From positions 3,040,001 through 3,104,000 of the forward strand of contig OY970342.1 in the NCBI GenBank assembly GCA_963717505.1: a DNA stretch of 64,000 bases, in the 5' to 3' direction. The stretch is from Candidatus Eiseniibacteriota bacterium. Lineage in GTDB: Bacteria; Eisenbacteria; RBG-16-71-46. Numbering within the stretch: the stretch's first letter is position 1; each line of letters starts with the position of its first letter. Under the pieces are notes generated by a model. That model was not told the origin of the DNA. It did no database searches and was given only the letters and a program-made list of their open reading frames with translations. A program made the translations under genes and the position numbers. Positions 28,749 to 39,129 of the stretch are shown piece after piece.

Positions 28749-31729
28749 GGCCCCGCCTGGTGGCCGCCCTGCTGGCGACGATGTTGCTCGCCGGCGCCGG
28801 GGTCGCGCGCGCCCAGTACTACGGCCAGAACCTGGTCCAGTACCAGGGCCAGTCGTGGCGGACGCTCGAGGGCGGACGGTTCAACGTCTATTACCAGGCC
28901 GGGCACGACAGCCTGGCGCACCGCGTGCTCCAGCTGGCGCACCAGGCGCACGCGATGCTGGCGCCGCGCATGGGGCACCAGCTCGAGCACGAGGTTCCGA
29001 TCCTGGTGCACGGCTCGCGCAACGACCTGGTCCAGGGCAACGTCCAGCCCGGCCGGAGCGTGATCGGCACCGGCGACTTTGCCGGCGAGCTGCGCAACCG
29101 GGTGGTCGTGACCTTCAGTGGATCGAACGACGGATTGCGGCGCACCGTGGTGCACCAGATGGTGCACGCGATGTTGTTCGACATGCTACACGGCGGCTCG
29201 CCCCGGGCGATGGCCCTGCGCCAGGGGGCGTATGCGATGCCGCCCTGGTTCGTCGAGGGACTGGCCGAGTATTACGCGCTCGGCTCGGAAACCGACGTCG
29301 ACATGGTGGCCCGCGATGGGGCGATCGAGGGCTATCTGGCGCCGCTCCGGCTGACCTCGGGCTACTGGGCGTATGTCGAGGGTCGCTCGGCGATCGCGTG
29401 GGGCGCAGCGCGGCGCGGGGAGAAAGCGCTGCGCGACCTGTTGGCACGGCTCAAGAAGCGCGAGGACTTCAACGAAGCCTTCCCGGCGGCGATGGGCATG
29501 CCGGTGCGCGCGTTCGATGCCGACTGGCGTGCGGACATGCGCAAACGCTGGTGGCCCGAGGTTGCGCGCACCGAGCGTCCGGAACAGTTTGCGCGCCGGA
29601 TCACCGACCACAGGATCGACGACAGCGGCCTCAACATCTCGCCGGCGATCGCGCCCCAGGGCGACCGCATCGCCTATCTGTCGAGCCGACGCCAGTACGC
29701 CGACGTCGATCTGATCTCGTCGTTCGACGGCAAGAAGCTGCGCCGCCTGGCGCGCGGCCCGCGCATGACCGCGTTCGAATCGGTGCCGTCGCTGCGCGGC
29801 GGACTGGCCTGGTCCCCGGACGGCGAGAAGATCGCGCTGACCGCGTTCCAGGGCGGGCGCGACGTGCTGCACGTGCGCTCGGCGCGTACCGGCGACGTGG
29901 TCGCGACCTACGAGCTGCCGTGCCGGTCGATTTCGTATCCGGCATGGTCGCCGGCCGGCGATTCGATCGCGGTGGCCGGCAACATGAACGGTCAGTCCGA
30001 CGTCTGGCTGGTATCGGCGTCGAACGGCGGATTCCGGCGGTTGACCGAAGATGCATGGGACGAAATCGAGTTAGTGTGGTCGCCGATCGGGCGGCGGCTG
30101 ACCTTCGCGTCGGATCGCGGCGCACCGGTCGCGGCGGTGCTGGCGCGTGAACCGGGGGGCCCGGGCAGCTATGGGATCTTCACGCTCGACCTGGACTCGG
30201 GGGTGATCGAGACCACGATCGACACGCCGGCGCACGATCACGCGCCCGCGTGGTCGCCGGACGGCCGCCGCCTTGCGTTCGTTTCGCTGCTCGACAGCAC
30301 CGCCAACATCCACCTGTACGACCCGGCACAAGGCAGCCGATTCCAGCTGACCCACGTACGCGGCAGCGTTCAGGGGCTGTCGTGGGCGCGCGACAACGAC
30401 CGACTGGTGTTCTCGGCGTTCGACGATGGTGGCTACGATCTGTTCGCGATGCGCGAGGAGCTGTCGCGCGATGACGTGATCGAGCGCCTGCGGGCGCGCG
30501 CGGCCGCCGACTCGGGCGTCATGATCGCCGACTCGGATGGCGCCAGCGTTCCCGACCGTGAGGTGGCGCCGGATTCGCTCGGCGGGGTTGCCGTTTCGGA
30601 TTCGAGCGCAGCCAGCGTGCCTGCGCCGAGCTTGGCCGCCGAGCCGCTGACCATCAAACCCTCGCGCGGCTACCGCCCTTGGCTCGGCCTCGACATCCTG
30701 GGCGGTGGCATCCAGGCCGCGAACGGCTTCGGCATCACCGGCGACCTCCAGTTCCACTTGAGCGACCTGGTCGGCAATCGTGCGCTCGAGGTCACGGTCG
30801 ACGTGGTCGCCGAAAAGGTCGAGGACCTGAACGCATTCGCCGCCTACCGCGCGCAGGGCCGGCGGTTGGACTGGGGTTTCGGAGCGTTCCACTACGGCCA
30901 GTTCTTCGGCACGCGCGTCACCCCGCTCGCCGATCAGTTCGACATGCCGCGCCTCTACTCCGACCGCGTGTTCGGCGGCTTCGCCAGCCTGCACTACCCG
31001 TTCGACCGCACCCGGCGTCTGGAGCTGAACCCGACCCTGATGTTCGTCGACCGCGAGGTTCCAGGGCCGGGCGGGCTAGGAGCGCCGGCGACCGTGAGCG
31101 TGCTCAACACCGTGTTCTCGCCGGCGGTGTCGCTGGTGCGCGACAACGCGCAGTTCAGCCGCTACGGCCCGGTCAACGGCACGCGCACCGATCTCACCTA
31201 CGCGCCCTCGATCGATGTCGGTCTGGAAGATCCGCTCGAGTACCAGACGGTGACGCTCGACACCCGGCACTACCGCGGCCTGAGTCGCGGCTACACGCTC
31301 GCCACCCGCCTGCTCGGCGGCGTCAGCGACGGCACCGACCCGCAGAGCTTCCAGGTCGGCGGCTATTCGACACTGCGCGGCTACGACGACTTCGAGCTGC
31401 TCGGCTCGCGGGTGGCGATGGCCAGCGCCGAGTTCCGCTTTCCGTTCATTCAGGAGCTGGGCATCCTCGGGCCGATCCCGATCGGAGCGCTGCAGCTGCG
31501 CGGCGCGTCGTTCGTGGATGTGGGCATGGTGTGGAACGAGGGCGATCCGCTGCGGGTCAGCGAGGTCGACAACGGCTCGCGCCGGCTACGCGACTTGAAG
31601 TTCAGTTTCGGCTTCGGTGCGCGCACCGTGTTCTTCTTCGCCATCGCCAAGATGGACGTGGCCTGGACCACCAACTTCGACGACGCGAGCGGGCCGCGCT
31701 GGCACTTCACCCTGGGCCCGGAGTTTTAG
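28736..31729 (+). CDS. Peptidase-MA-like + PD40 beta-propeller + Omp85 barrel fusion protein
   Basis: Signal peptide, QYYGQN, HQMVH...WFVEGLAEY, repeated WSPDG, GGYSTLRGY, terminal GPEF. Confidence 0.83.
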   Translation: MGVLRPRLVAALLATMLLAGAGVARAQYYGQNLVQYQGQSWRTLEGGRFNVYYQAGHDSLAHRVLQLAHQAHAMLAPRMGHQLEHEVPILVHGSRNDLVQGNVQPGRSVIGTGDFAGELRNRVVVTFSGSNDGLRRTVVHQMVHAMLFDMLHGGSPRAMALRQGAYAMPPWFVEGLAEYYALGSETDVDMVARDGAIEGYLAPLRLTSGYWAYVEGRSAIAWGAARRGEKALRDLLARLKKREDFNEAFPAAMGMPVRAFDADWRADMRKRWWPEVARTERPEQFARRITDHRIDDSGLNISPAIAPQGDRIAYLSSRRQYADVDLISSFDGKKLRRLARGPRMTAFESVPSLRGGLAWSPDGEKIALTAFQGGRDVLHVRSARTGDVVATYELPCRSISYPAWSPAGDSIAVAGNMNGQSDVWLVSASNGGFRRLTEDAWDEIELVWSPIGRRLTFASDRGAPVAAVLAREPGGPGSYGIFTLDLDSGVIETTIDTPAHDHAPAWSPDGRRLAFVSLLDSTANIHLYDPAQGSRFQLTHVRGSVQGLSWARDNDRLVFSAFDDGGYDLFAMREELSRDDVIERLRARAAADSGVMIADSDGASVPDREVAPDSLGGVAVSDSSAASVPAPSLAAEPLTIKPSRGYRPWLGLDILGGGIQAANGFGITGDLQFHLSDLVGNRALEVTVDVVAEKVEDLNAFAAYRAQGRRLDWGFGAFHYGQFFGTRVTPLADQFDMPRLYSDRVFGGFASLHYPFDRTRRLELNPTLMFVDREVPGPGGLGAPATVSVLNTVFSPAVSLVRDNAQFSRYGPVNGTRTDLTYAPSIDVGLEDPLEYQTVTLDTRHYRGLSRGYTLATRLLGGVSDGTDPQSFQVGGYSTLRGYDDFELLGSRVAMASAEFRFPFIQELGILGPIPIGALQLRGASFVDVGMVWNEGDPLRVSEVDNGSRRLRDLKFSFGFGARTVFFFAIAKMDVAWTTNFDDASGPRWHFTLGPEF

Positions 31730-31767
31730 CGGCGCTCCCGGCTGTCGTCGCCAGCCTCCATCGCGCA

Positions 31768-31796
31768 TGGACCCCCTCGCGGCCTTCGGCTAGATT
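31768..31796 (+). promoter_or_regulatory. Possible sigma70 promoter for pcrA
   Basis: TGGACC (31768-31773), 17 nt, TAGATT (31791-31796). Confidence 0.45.
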
Positions 31797-31845
31797 GCGG
31801 GTTCGTCCCCGGCCCGCATGTCCACGCCGTCTCGCGAGGCGCTTC

Positions 31846-34101
31846 CTGGAACTCCTCGACACCCTCAATCCTGCGCAGCGCGACGCCGTGTCCCACGAGC
31901 GGCGGGCGGTACTGGTGCTCGCCGGCGCCGGCAGCGGCAAGACCCGCGTGCTCACCGCTCGCGTCGCCTGGTTGCTCGAGCAAGGGGTGCCGCCGCGCGC
32001 GATCCTCGCGTTCACCTTCACCAACCGCGCGGCGCGCGAGATGCGCGAGCGGATCGCGACCCTGGTCGGAGAAGCCTCGAAGGAACTCTGGGTCGGGACC
32101 TTCCATGCGACCGCAGTTCGGATTCTCCGGCGCGAGGCGATCGCGGCCGGCATCTCGCCGGCGTTCGCGATCTACGACCGCGAGGACCAGGAGGGTCTGA
32201 TCCGCGAGATCTCGCGCGAACTGGCCTGGCCCGAGGGCAGCTGGCGCATGGGTGCGGTGCTCGGCGCCATCTCCGACGCCAAGAACTCGCTGGTCGACCC
32301 GGAGACGTTCACCCGCCTGGCGCAGACGCCGGCCGATCGCAACATCGCCCAGGCCTACGAGCGCTACCAGGCGGCACTAGCCCGTTCCGGGGCGCTCGAC
32401 TTCGACGATCTGATCGTGAAAGTGGTGATGCTGTTCCAGCACAAGCCCGAGGTCGGCGAGCGATGGCGCTCGCGCTTCCACCACGTGCTGGTCGACGAGT
32501 ACCAGGACACCAACCACGCGCAGTTCCGGTTGGTCGAATCGCTGGTTGGCGGCGACGGCCACGTGTTCGTGGTCGGCGACGACGATCAGTCGATCTATGG
32601 CTGGCGAGGGGCCGACCTGTCGAACGTGCTCGACTTCGAGCAGACCTTCCCGGGTGCGGGCGTGGTGCGTCTGGAGCAGAACTATCGTTCGACGCCCAAC
32701 ATCCTGGAAGCGGCGAACGCGGTGATCTCGAACAACCGCTCGCGCAAGGGCAAGACGCTGTGGAGCGACCGGCCGCGCGGTGTGCCGCTCCGCTTCGTGC
32801 TCGCCGGCGACGAGGTCGAAGAAGCCAAGCGGGTGCGCGCGTTCGTTCAGTCGCAAACCGGGCGCGGCCGGCGGTTGCGCGACGTTGCCGTGCTCTACCG
32901 CACCAACGCCCAGTCGCGGGCGATCGAGACCGAGCTGCGCCAGGCACGCATTCCCTATGAAGTGGTCGGTGGAGTGGCGTTTTATCAACGCCGTGAAGTC
33001 AAAGACGTCCTCGCCTACCTGCGCGTCGCCGTTCAGCCGGCGGACGCCGTCTCGTTCTGGCGTATCTGGAACACGCCGCGTCGCGGGTTGGGCGCGGTGC
33101 TGCGTGCCGCGGTCGAACGGCGCATGACCGAGACCGCGTCGACCCCGGCGGCGGCACTGGCCGCACTGGTGGCCGAGGGAGCGATTTCGACTTCGGCCGC
33201 GCGCGCCGGAGCGATGGCGCTGCTCGCGTTGCTCGAAGAGATCGGCGCCGATCCCGAGCGCGGTGCTGACCAGGCACTGGCCATGGTGCTCGAACGCACC
33301 GGCTATCTGGCGATGCTGGATGGTGAGGACGATGCGGCGGATCGGCGTGCCAACCTCGAGGAACTGTTGGTCGCGGCGGCGGCGGCCGCAGGTGAGGGGC
33401 ACGGCTCGCTGGTCGAGTTCCTGGGCGAGGCCGCACTGGTCACCGACATGGATCGCGCGGGGGAACACGGCGACCGGCTGCTGTTGCTCACCGGGCACAA
33501 CGCCAAAGGGCTCGAGTTCGCCGCGGTGGCGGTGACCGGCCTCGAAGAAGGACTGTTTCCCCACGCGTCGTCGCTGGAAGACCGAGACGAGCTGGAGGAG
33601 GAGCGGCGCCTCTTCTATGTCGCGCTGACCCGCGCGCAGGACGAAGTGCTGCTGACCGCGGCCGCCTGGCGGCGGCGCTTCGACGGCAACCAGGGCGGGG
33701 CGGTGTCGCGCTTCGTCGACGAGATCCCGGCCGCATTGCTCGAACGCGAGCGCTCGGTGTCGGCGCGCTGGTCGCGCGGCGGCGAGGGGTTCGGCGCTCA
33801 GCGTCCGCGGCGCTGGGATCTGGGGCCGAACGCGCGCGAGAACGAACCGGCGCTCGATCTCGACGAGCCGGTGATCACCGGTGCCGTCGAAGCGTCGGAC
33901 AGTATCGCGATCGGCACTCCGCTGCGCACCCCGCGCGCGGGTGCGGCCGCCGGCCGGGCGGTTCGCCACCCGCAGTTCGGGTATGGTGTCGTGCTCTCGG
34001 CCGAGGACGCGGACGGCGACCTCAAGTACACGGTGCGCTTCGGCACGCGGATCAAGAAGGTGCTCGGGCGATTCCTGGAGGAGATCACGAGTGAAACGTG
34101 A
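31846..34101 (+). CDS. pcrA: UvrD/PcrA ATP-dependent DNA helicase
   Basis: LNPAQ, AGAGSGKT, VDEYQD, VGDDDQSIY, QNYRS, KGLEF, EERRLFYVALTRA, C-terminal Tudor (HPQFG). Start uncertain; CTG 31846 proposed. Confidence 0.95.
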   Translation: MELLDTLNPAQRDAVSHERRAVLVLAGAGSGKTRVLTARVAWLLEQGVPPRAILAFTFTNRAAREMRERIATLVGEASKELWVGTFHATAVRILRREAIAAGISPAFAIYDREDQEGLIREISRELAWPEGSWRMGAVLGAISDAKNSLVDPETFTRLAQTPADRNIAQAYERYQAALARSGALDFDDLIVKVVMLFQHKPEVGERWRSRFHHVLVDEYQDTNHAQFRLVESLVGGDGHVFVVGDDDQSIYGWRGADLSNVLDFEQTFPGAGVVRLEQNYRSTPNILEAANAVISNNRSRKGKTLWSDRPRGVPLRFVLAGDEVEEAKRVRAFVQSQTGRGRRLRDVAVLYRTNAQSRAIETELRQARIPYEVVGGVAFYQRREVKDVLAYLRVAVQPADAVSFWRIWNTPRRGLGAVLRAAVERRMTETASTPAAALAALVAEGAISTSAARAGAMALLALLEEIGADPERGADQALAMVLERTGYLAMLDGEDDAADRRANLEELLVAAAAAAGEGHGSLVEFLGEAALVTDMDRAGEHGDRLLLLTGHNAKGLEFAAVAVTGLEEGLFPHASSLEDRDELEEERRLFYVALTRAQDEVLLTAAAWRRRFDGNQGGAVSRFVDEIPAALLERERSVSARWSRGGEGFGAQRPRRWDLGPNARENEPALDLDEPVITGAVEASDSIAIGTPLRTPRAGAAAGRAVRHPQFGYGVVLSAEDADGDLKYTVRFGTRIKKVLGRFLEEITSET

Positions 34102-34387
34102 GGACGTGCTCAAGGTGGCGGCACTCGCCCGACTCGAGATTCCGGAGGCTCGGCTCGAGCGCATGACCCACGAGCTGTCGGCGGTGCTGGACTTTGCCGC
34201 CGCACTCGATCGCCTCGACCTGATCGGCTGCGAGCCCACCGTGTTCGCGCCGACCGACGCGCCGCTGCGCGCCGACCTCGTCGATGACGTCCGTCGCCTG
34301 CCAACCGAACTCGCGTTGGCGGCGGCACCCGAGACCGAGGACGGCTTCTTCCTGGTGCCGCCGATCGTCGAGAACGTGAACCCATGA
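34091..34387 (+). CDS. gatC: Asp/Glu-tRNA amidotransferase subunit C
   Basis: VKREDVLKVAALARL...LRAD...APETEDGFFLVP. Confidence 0.93.
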   Translation: MKREDVLKVAALARLEIPEARLERMTHELSAVLDFAAALDRLDLIGCEPTVFAPTDAPLRADLVDDVRRLPTELALAAAPETEDGFFLVPPIVENVNP

Positions 34388-34397
34388 GACGCACTGC

Positions 34398-35879
34398 ATG
34401 AAGACAGGAGACGCGATCGAGTTGTGGCGCCTGTCGGCGCGCGCGCTGGCCGGGCGCGTGGCGGCCGGCACCGAAGTCGCCGCCGCGGTCGAATCCGGCT
34501 GGGCCGGGCCCGCGGCCGCGTTCGAGGCGCGGGTCCACGCGGTCGCGCATGCCGACGGTCCGGCGCGTGCGGCGGGAGCGGCGGCGTCACGCTCGGGTCC
34601 GCTGCGCGGCGTGCCGATCGTGGTCAAGGACAACCTGTGCACCACCGACTTTCTGACCACCTGCGGCTCCCGGATCCTGGCCGGCTATCGACCGCCCTAT
34701 GACGCGACCGTGATTCGCAAGTTGCGCGAGGCGGGTGCGGTGATCACCGGCAAGACCAACATGGACGAGTTCGCGATGGGCTCGTCGACCGAACACAGCT
34801 GCTACGGCCCGACCCGCAATCCCTTCGACCTGGAGCGCGTGCCGGGCGGCTCGAGCGGCGGTTCGGCCGCGGCGGTCGCCTACGGACTGACGCCGATCGC
34901 CCTCGGCTCGGACACCGGCGGCTCGGTGCGCCAGCCGGCGGCGTTCTGCGGCGTGTTCGGCTTGAAGCCGACCTACGGCCGGCTGTCGCGCTACGGGCTG
35001 GTGGCGTTCGGCTCCTCGCTCGACCAGGTCGGCATCTTCGCGCGTCACGCGGGGGACATCGCCGAAACCTACGCGGTGCTCGCCGGGCACGATCCCAACG
35101 ACGCCACCACCCGCCGCACGCCGGCGCCCGATGTGTCGAAATGGGATTCGGGGGTGAAAGGCCTCCGCTTCGGCTGGCCCGCGAATCTCTGGGCGGAAGG
35201 TGTCGAGCCCGAAGTCATCGCCGGACTCGAAGAGGCCGCGTCGTGGCTCGAGCGCGCGGGGGCGACACGCGTGCCGATGGAGTTCATGCCCGGCGAATAC
35301 GGGGTTGCGACCTACTACCTGGTGGCGACCGCCGAGGCCAGCTCGAACCTGGCGCGCTTCGACGGTGTGCGCTACGGGCCGAGGCCTCAGGCGGACGACG
35401 TGCTGTCGCTCTACACGCGCGCACGCAGCGAAGGTTTCGGTCCCGAAGTCCAGCGCCGCATCCTGCTCGGCACGTTCGCCCTGTCGTCGGGCTACTACGA
35501 CGCCTACTACCTCAAAGCGCAGCGGGCGCGGACCCGCATCCGCCGCGAGTACGCCGACGCGTTCGGCCGCTGCGACTTCCTGCTGATGCCGGTGGCGCCG
35601 ACGCTGGCATTCAAGATCGGCGAGAAGACCGAAGATCCGCTCGCCATGTACCTGAGCGACATCTTCACCATCGGCGCCAACCTCGCCGGGATTCCCGGGC
35701 TGACCGTGCCGGTGACGCCGGCGCGAAATCGGCTGCCGCGCGCGGTTCAGCTGCTCGGGCCCGAGGATTCCGAGCCGGTGTTGCTGCGCGCCGGCCGCGC
35801 GATCGAAGTGCGCGGCGAGGCCACGAACATGAGACGCGACCACGAGACGGAGTTCGCATGGCCTACGAAGCCGTCCTAG
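34398..35879 (+). CDS. gatA: Asp/Glu-tRNA amidotransferase subunit A
   Basis: KDN, GKTNMDEFAMGSS, GGSSGGS, GSDTGGS, SSNLARFDG. Confidence 0.97.
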   Translation: MKTGDAIELWRLSARALAGRVAAGTEVAAAVESGWAGPAAAFEARVHAVAHADGPARAAGAAASRSGPLRGVPIVVKDNLCTTDFLTTCGSRILAGYRPPYDATVIRKLREAGAVITGKTNMDEFAMGSSTEHSCYGPTRNPFDLERVPGGSSGGSAAAVAYGLTPIALGSDTGGSVRQPAAFCGVFGLKPTYGRLSRYGLVAFGSSLDQVGIFARHAGDIAETYAVLAGHDPNDATTRRTPAPDVSKWDSGVKGLRFGWPANLWAEGVEPEVIAGLEEAASWLERAGATRVPMEFMPGEYGVATYYLVATAEASSNLARFDGVRYGPRPQADDVLSLYTRARSEGFGPEVQRRILLGTFALSSGYYDAYYLKAQRARTRIRREYADAFGRCDFLLMPVAPTLAFKIGEKTEDPLAMYLSDIFTIGANLAGIPGLTVPVTPARNRLPRAVQLLGPEDSEPVLLRAGRAIEVRGEATNMRRDHETEFAWPTKPS

Positions 35880-37306
35880 GGCTCGAGTGCCACATCCAGG
35901 TCCGGACCGCGAGCAAGATGTTCTGCGGCTGTCCGGCCGAGTTCGGCGCGGCGCCCAACAGCAACGTCTGTCCGGTTTGCCTCGGGTTGCCGGGCGCCTT
36001 GCCGGTCACCAACCGTGCCGCGATCGACGCAGCCCTCCGGCTCGGTCTGGCACTCGGCTGCGCGATTCGTCCAGTCAGCGTGTTCGCGCGCAAGAACTAC
36101 TTCTATCCGGACATGCCGAAGAACTACCAGATCTCGCAGTACGAGCAGCCCTTGTGCGAGGGCGGTGCCGTGCCGGTCCAGGTCGGGGACGTGGCGCGCG
36201 AGTTCGCGCTGACCCGGATTCACGTCGAGGAGGACACCGGCAAGTCGTTCCACCCGGAGCGTCACGGGGATCGGCGAGTGTCGCGTGTCGACTTCAACCG
36301 CGCCGGCGTGCCCCTGCTCGAGCTGGTGACCGAGCCGGTGTTCCACGACGCGGTCGAGTGCGGATCGTTCTTGAACGAGCTGCGCCGATTGGTGCGCTGG
36401 CTCGGGATTTCCGACGGCGACATGGAGAAGGGCCACCTGCGTTGCGACGCCAACGTCAGCCTGCGTCCGGCGGGTGAAACGAAGCTCGGCACCAAGACCG
36501 AGATCAAGAACCTGAACTCGATCAAAGGGGTCGAGAAGGGGATCGCCGCCGAGATCGCACGCCAGCGAGAGGTACTCGAGTCCGGCGGCCGGATCGAGCA
36601 GGCGACGCTGCTCTACGACGCCGATCACGACAAGCTGGCGGTCATGCGCTCGAAGGAGCACGCGCACGACTACCGTTACTTTCCCGAGCCCGACCTGCCG
36701 CCGCTCGCGGTCGACCCGGCCTGGCTCGACGACGCGCGCGCCCGGCTGCCCGAGCTGCCGTGGGCGATGCAGCAGCGGTTCGAATCGGCATTCGGTCTGC
36801 CCGGCTACGATGCCGGCGTGCTGACTCAGTCGCGCGAGGTGGCCGAATACTTCGAGACGGTGGCGCGCGTGATCCCCGCCAAGACTTCGAGCAACTGGGT
36901 GATGAACGAAGTGCTGGCGTACGCAAAATCGAGGAGCTTCGACGAAGTCCGCCGGCGGGTGCCCGCGCCGGTGCTGGTCACCATGCTCCAGCAACTCGGG
37001 GCCGGTTCGGTGACTGCGGCTACCGTCAAGGAAGCGATCGCGGCGGCGGCCAACGATGGCGCCGATCCGATCGGCTACCTCGATCAGCGGCAGGTGCTGG
37101 GCGGCGCCGACGATCTCCTGCCGCTGGTGCGTGCCGCACTCGACGAGAATCCGGGGCCGGTCCAGCAGTACTTGGGTGGCAAGGCGGCGACGCTCGGATT
37201 CCTGGTGGGCCAGGTGATGAAGAAGTCGGGCGGACGCGCCGCACCGGCCGTGGTTCAGCAGCTGATCAAGGACGAGCTGGCCTCGCGCGCCGGAGCCGGC
37301 TCGTGA
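35858..37306 (+). CDS. gatB: Asp/Glu-tRNA amidotransferase subunit B
   Basis: GLECH, RKNYFYPD, DFNRAGVPL, RCDANVS, DYRYFPEPDLPP. Confidence 0.97.
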   Translation: MAYEAVLGLECHIQVRTASKMFCGCPAEFGAAPNSNVCPVCLGLPGALPVTNRAAIDAALRLGLALGCAIRPVSVFARKNYFYPDMPKNYQISQYEQPLCEGGAVPVQVGDVAREFALTRIHVEEDTGKSFHPERHGDRRVSRVDFNRAGVPLLELVTEPVFHDAVECGSFLNELRRLVRWLGISDGDMEKGHLRCDANVSLRPAGETKLGTKTEIKNLNSIKGVEKGIAAEIARQREVLESGGRIEQATLLYDADHDKLAVMRSKEHAHDYRYFPEPDLPPLAVDPAWLDDARARLPELPWAMQQRFESAFGLPGYDAGVLTQSREVAEYFETVARVIPAKTSSNWVMNEVLAYAKSRSFDEVRRRVPAPVLVTMLQQLGAGSVTAATVKEAIAAAANDGADPIGYLDQRQVLGGADDLLPLVRAALDENPGPVQQYLGGKAATLGFLVGQVMKKSGGRAAPAVVQQLIKDELASRAGAGS

Positions 37307-38601
37307 CCCGCGTGCTGATCGTCGGCGCCGGAGGTCGCGAGCACGCGCTCGCCTGGCGGCTGAGTCGCGATCGCGGGGTCGAGATCCACGCGGCACCCGG
37401 CAACGACGGCATCGCGACGATCGGCCGCTGCCACGCGGTGGCGGAGTCGGACCTCGACGGCCTCGGACGCTTGTGCCGCCAGGAGCGCATCAGTCTGGCC
37501 GTGATCGGGCCCGAGGCCCCGCTCGCTGCCGGGCTCGCCGATCACCTGCGCGCGGCGGGCATCACGGTGTTCGGTCCCACCGCCGAAGCCGCGCGCCTGG
37601 AGTCGAGCAAGTGGCACGCGAAGCAGGTGATGGCGGCGGCCGGAGTGCCGACTGCGCGCGCGATCGTGTGCAGCACGCGCACCGAAGTCGAGGCCGCGCT
37701 GGATCAGCTGGGAAGCCCGCACGTGCTCAAGGCCGACGGGCTCGCGGCCGGCAAGGGTGTGCGGGTCACTTCCGAGCGCGCGGACGCGCTCGAGTTCGCG
37801 CGTGAAGCCCTCGAGGGGAATCGATTCGGTGCGGCCGGCTCGAGACTGGTGATCGAGGAGCATCTGGCGGGCGAGGAGGCGTCGGTCATGGCGGTGTGCG
37901 ACGGCGTGCGCTTCGTACTGCTGCCGGCGGCGCGCGACTACAAGCGCGCTCGAGACGCCGACCAGGGCCCCAACACCGGCGGCATGGGCGCTTACGCTCC
38001 GTTGGCGGCTGTCGACGCGGCACTCGAGTCTGAGATCGGCGAGACCGTGGTCGGGCCGGTGTTGCGCCAAATGGCGCGACTCGGAGCGCCCTACCGAGGC
38101 CTTCTCTATTGCGGGCTCATGCTGACCGAGAACGGAATCCGCGTGCTCGAGTTCAACTGTCGCTTCGGCGACCCCGAGACCCAGGTGGTAGTACCGCTGG
38201 TCGAAGGCTCGTTCGCCGGCCTGCTCGACGACGCGGCGAGCGGCGGGATGACGTCGCCGCGCATCGCGCGCAGCTCGCGCGTGGCGGTCGCAGTCGCGCT
38301 GGTCGACCAGGGCTATCCCGACGAGGTTCGCGGCGGCGGGGTCATCGAAGGGCTCGACGCGGTGGCGGCGACCCCGGGGCTCCACGTGTTCGTTGCGGGT
38401 GCAGGCCGGGAGGGCGCAATCTGGAAGGTGCGCGGCGGGCGTGCCGCCTACGTCGTCGCCGAGGGCGAAACCGTCGAGGCGGCGCGCGAACACGCCTACG
38501 GTGCGGTCGCGCGGCTCGGCGGATCGGGGTGGCGCTGTCGGCGCGACATCGCGGCGGGAGCCGCGCGCGCGCCACGCGCGCGATCGGCGGGAGGGGTGTG
38601 A
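37303..38601 (+). CDS. purD: Phosphoribosylamine--glycine ligase
   Basis: GAGGREHAL, APGN, KADGLAAGKGV, GPNTGGMG, EFNCRFGDPETQ. Confidence 0.97.
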   Translation: MTRVLIVGAGGREHALAWRLSRDRGVEIHAAPGNDGIATIGRCHAVAESDLDGLGRLCRQERISLAVIGPEAPLAAGLADHLRAAGITVFGPTAEAARLESSKWHAKQVMAAAGVPTARAIVCSTRTEVEAALDQLGSPHVLKADGLAAGKGVRVTSERADALEFAREALEGNRFGAAGSRLVIEEHLAGEEASVMAVCDGVRFVLLPAARDYKRARDADQGPNTGGMGAYAPLAAVDAALESEIGETVVGPVLRQMARLGAPYRGLLYCGLMLTENGIRVLEFNCRFGDPETQVVVPLVEGSFAGLLDDAASGGMTSPRIARSSRVAVAVALVDQGYPDEVRGGGVIEGLDAVAATPGLHVFVAGAGREGAIWKVRGGRAAYVVAEGETVEAAREHAYGAVARLGGSGWRCRRDIAAGAARAPRARSAGGV

Positions 38602-38612
38602 ATGGAGGAAGC

Positions 38613-39128
38613 ATGGCGTCGGTGAAGTCGAAGTCCAGGTCGAAACGCGCGGAGGACGGCACCTCGGGCCGGGCACAGGTCGGCATCGTGATGGGCAGCG
38701 AATCGGATCGCCCGATCATGGAAGAGGCGGCCAAGGTTCTCGCCGAGTTCGGGATCGAAGCCGAGATCGTGGTGCGCTCCGCCCACCGGACCCCCGAAGC
38801 CGCGGCGTCCTGGGCGCGCGAGGCATCGAGTCGCGGTCTCAGGGTTCTGATCGCCGGCGCCGGGGGTGCAGCGCATCTGGCCGGCGCCATCGCCGCCCAC
38901 AGCGGCCTGCCGGTGCTCGGGGTCCCGCTCGCCAGCTCGCCCCTCGGGGGCTTCGATGCGCTGCTTTCGACCGTCCAGATGCCGCCCGGAGTCCCGGTCG
39001 GGACGCTCGGGGTCGGTAGCTGGGGGGCGCGCAATGCCGCGCATCTCGCGGTGCGCATCCTGGCGCTTTCGGACTCGGGCGTTGCACGGCGCCTCGAACA
39101 GCATCGAGCGCGGCTCGCGGGGCGTTGA
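38613..39128 (+). CDS. purE: N5-CAIR mutase
   Basis: IVMGSESD, SAHRTP, AGGAAHL, QMPPGVPV. Confidence 0.97.
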   Translation: MASVKSKSRSKRAEDGTSGRAQVGIVMGSESDRPIMEEAAKVLAEFGIEAEIVVRSAHRTPEAAASWAREASSRGLRVLIAGAGGAAHLAGAIAAHSGLPVLGVPLASSPLGGFDALLSTVQMPPGVPVGTLGVGSWGARNAAHLAVRILALSDSGVARRLEQHRARLAGR

Positions 39129-39129
39129 C

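Noticed and set aside
30679-31845. Apparent 390-aa N-terminal extension of the helicase in the ORF track
   Set aside because: It overlaps the Omp85 gene in another frame and is Arg/Pro-rich noise; helicase homology starts near 31846.
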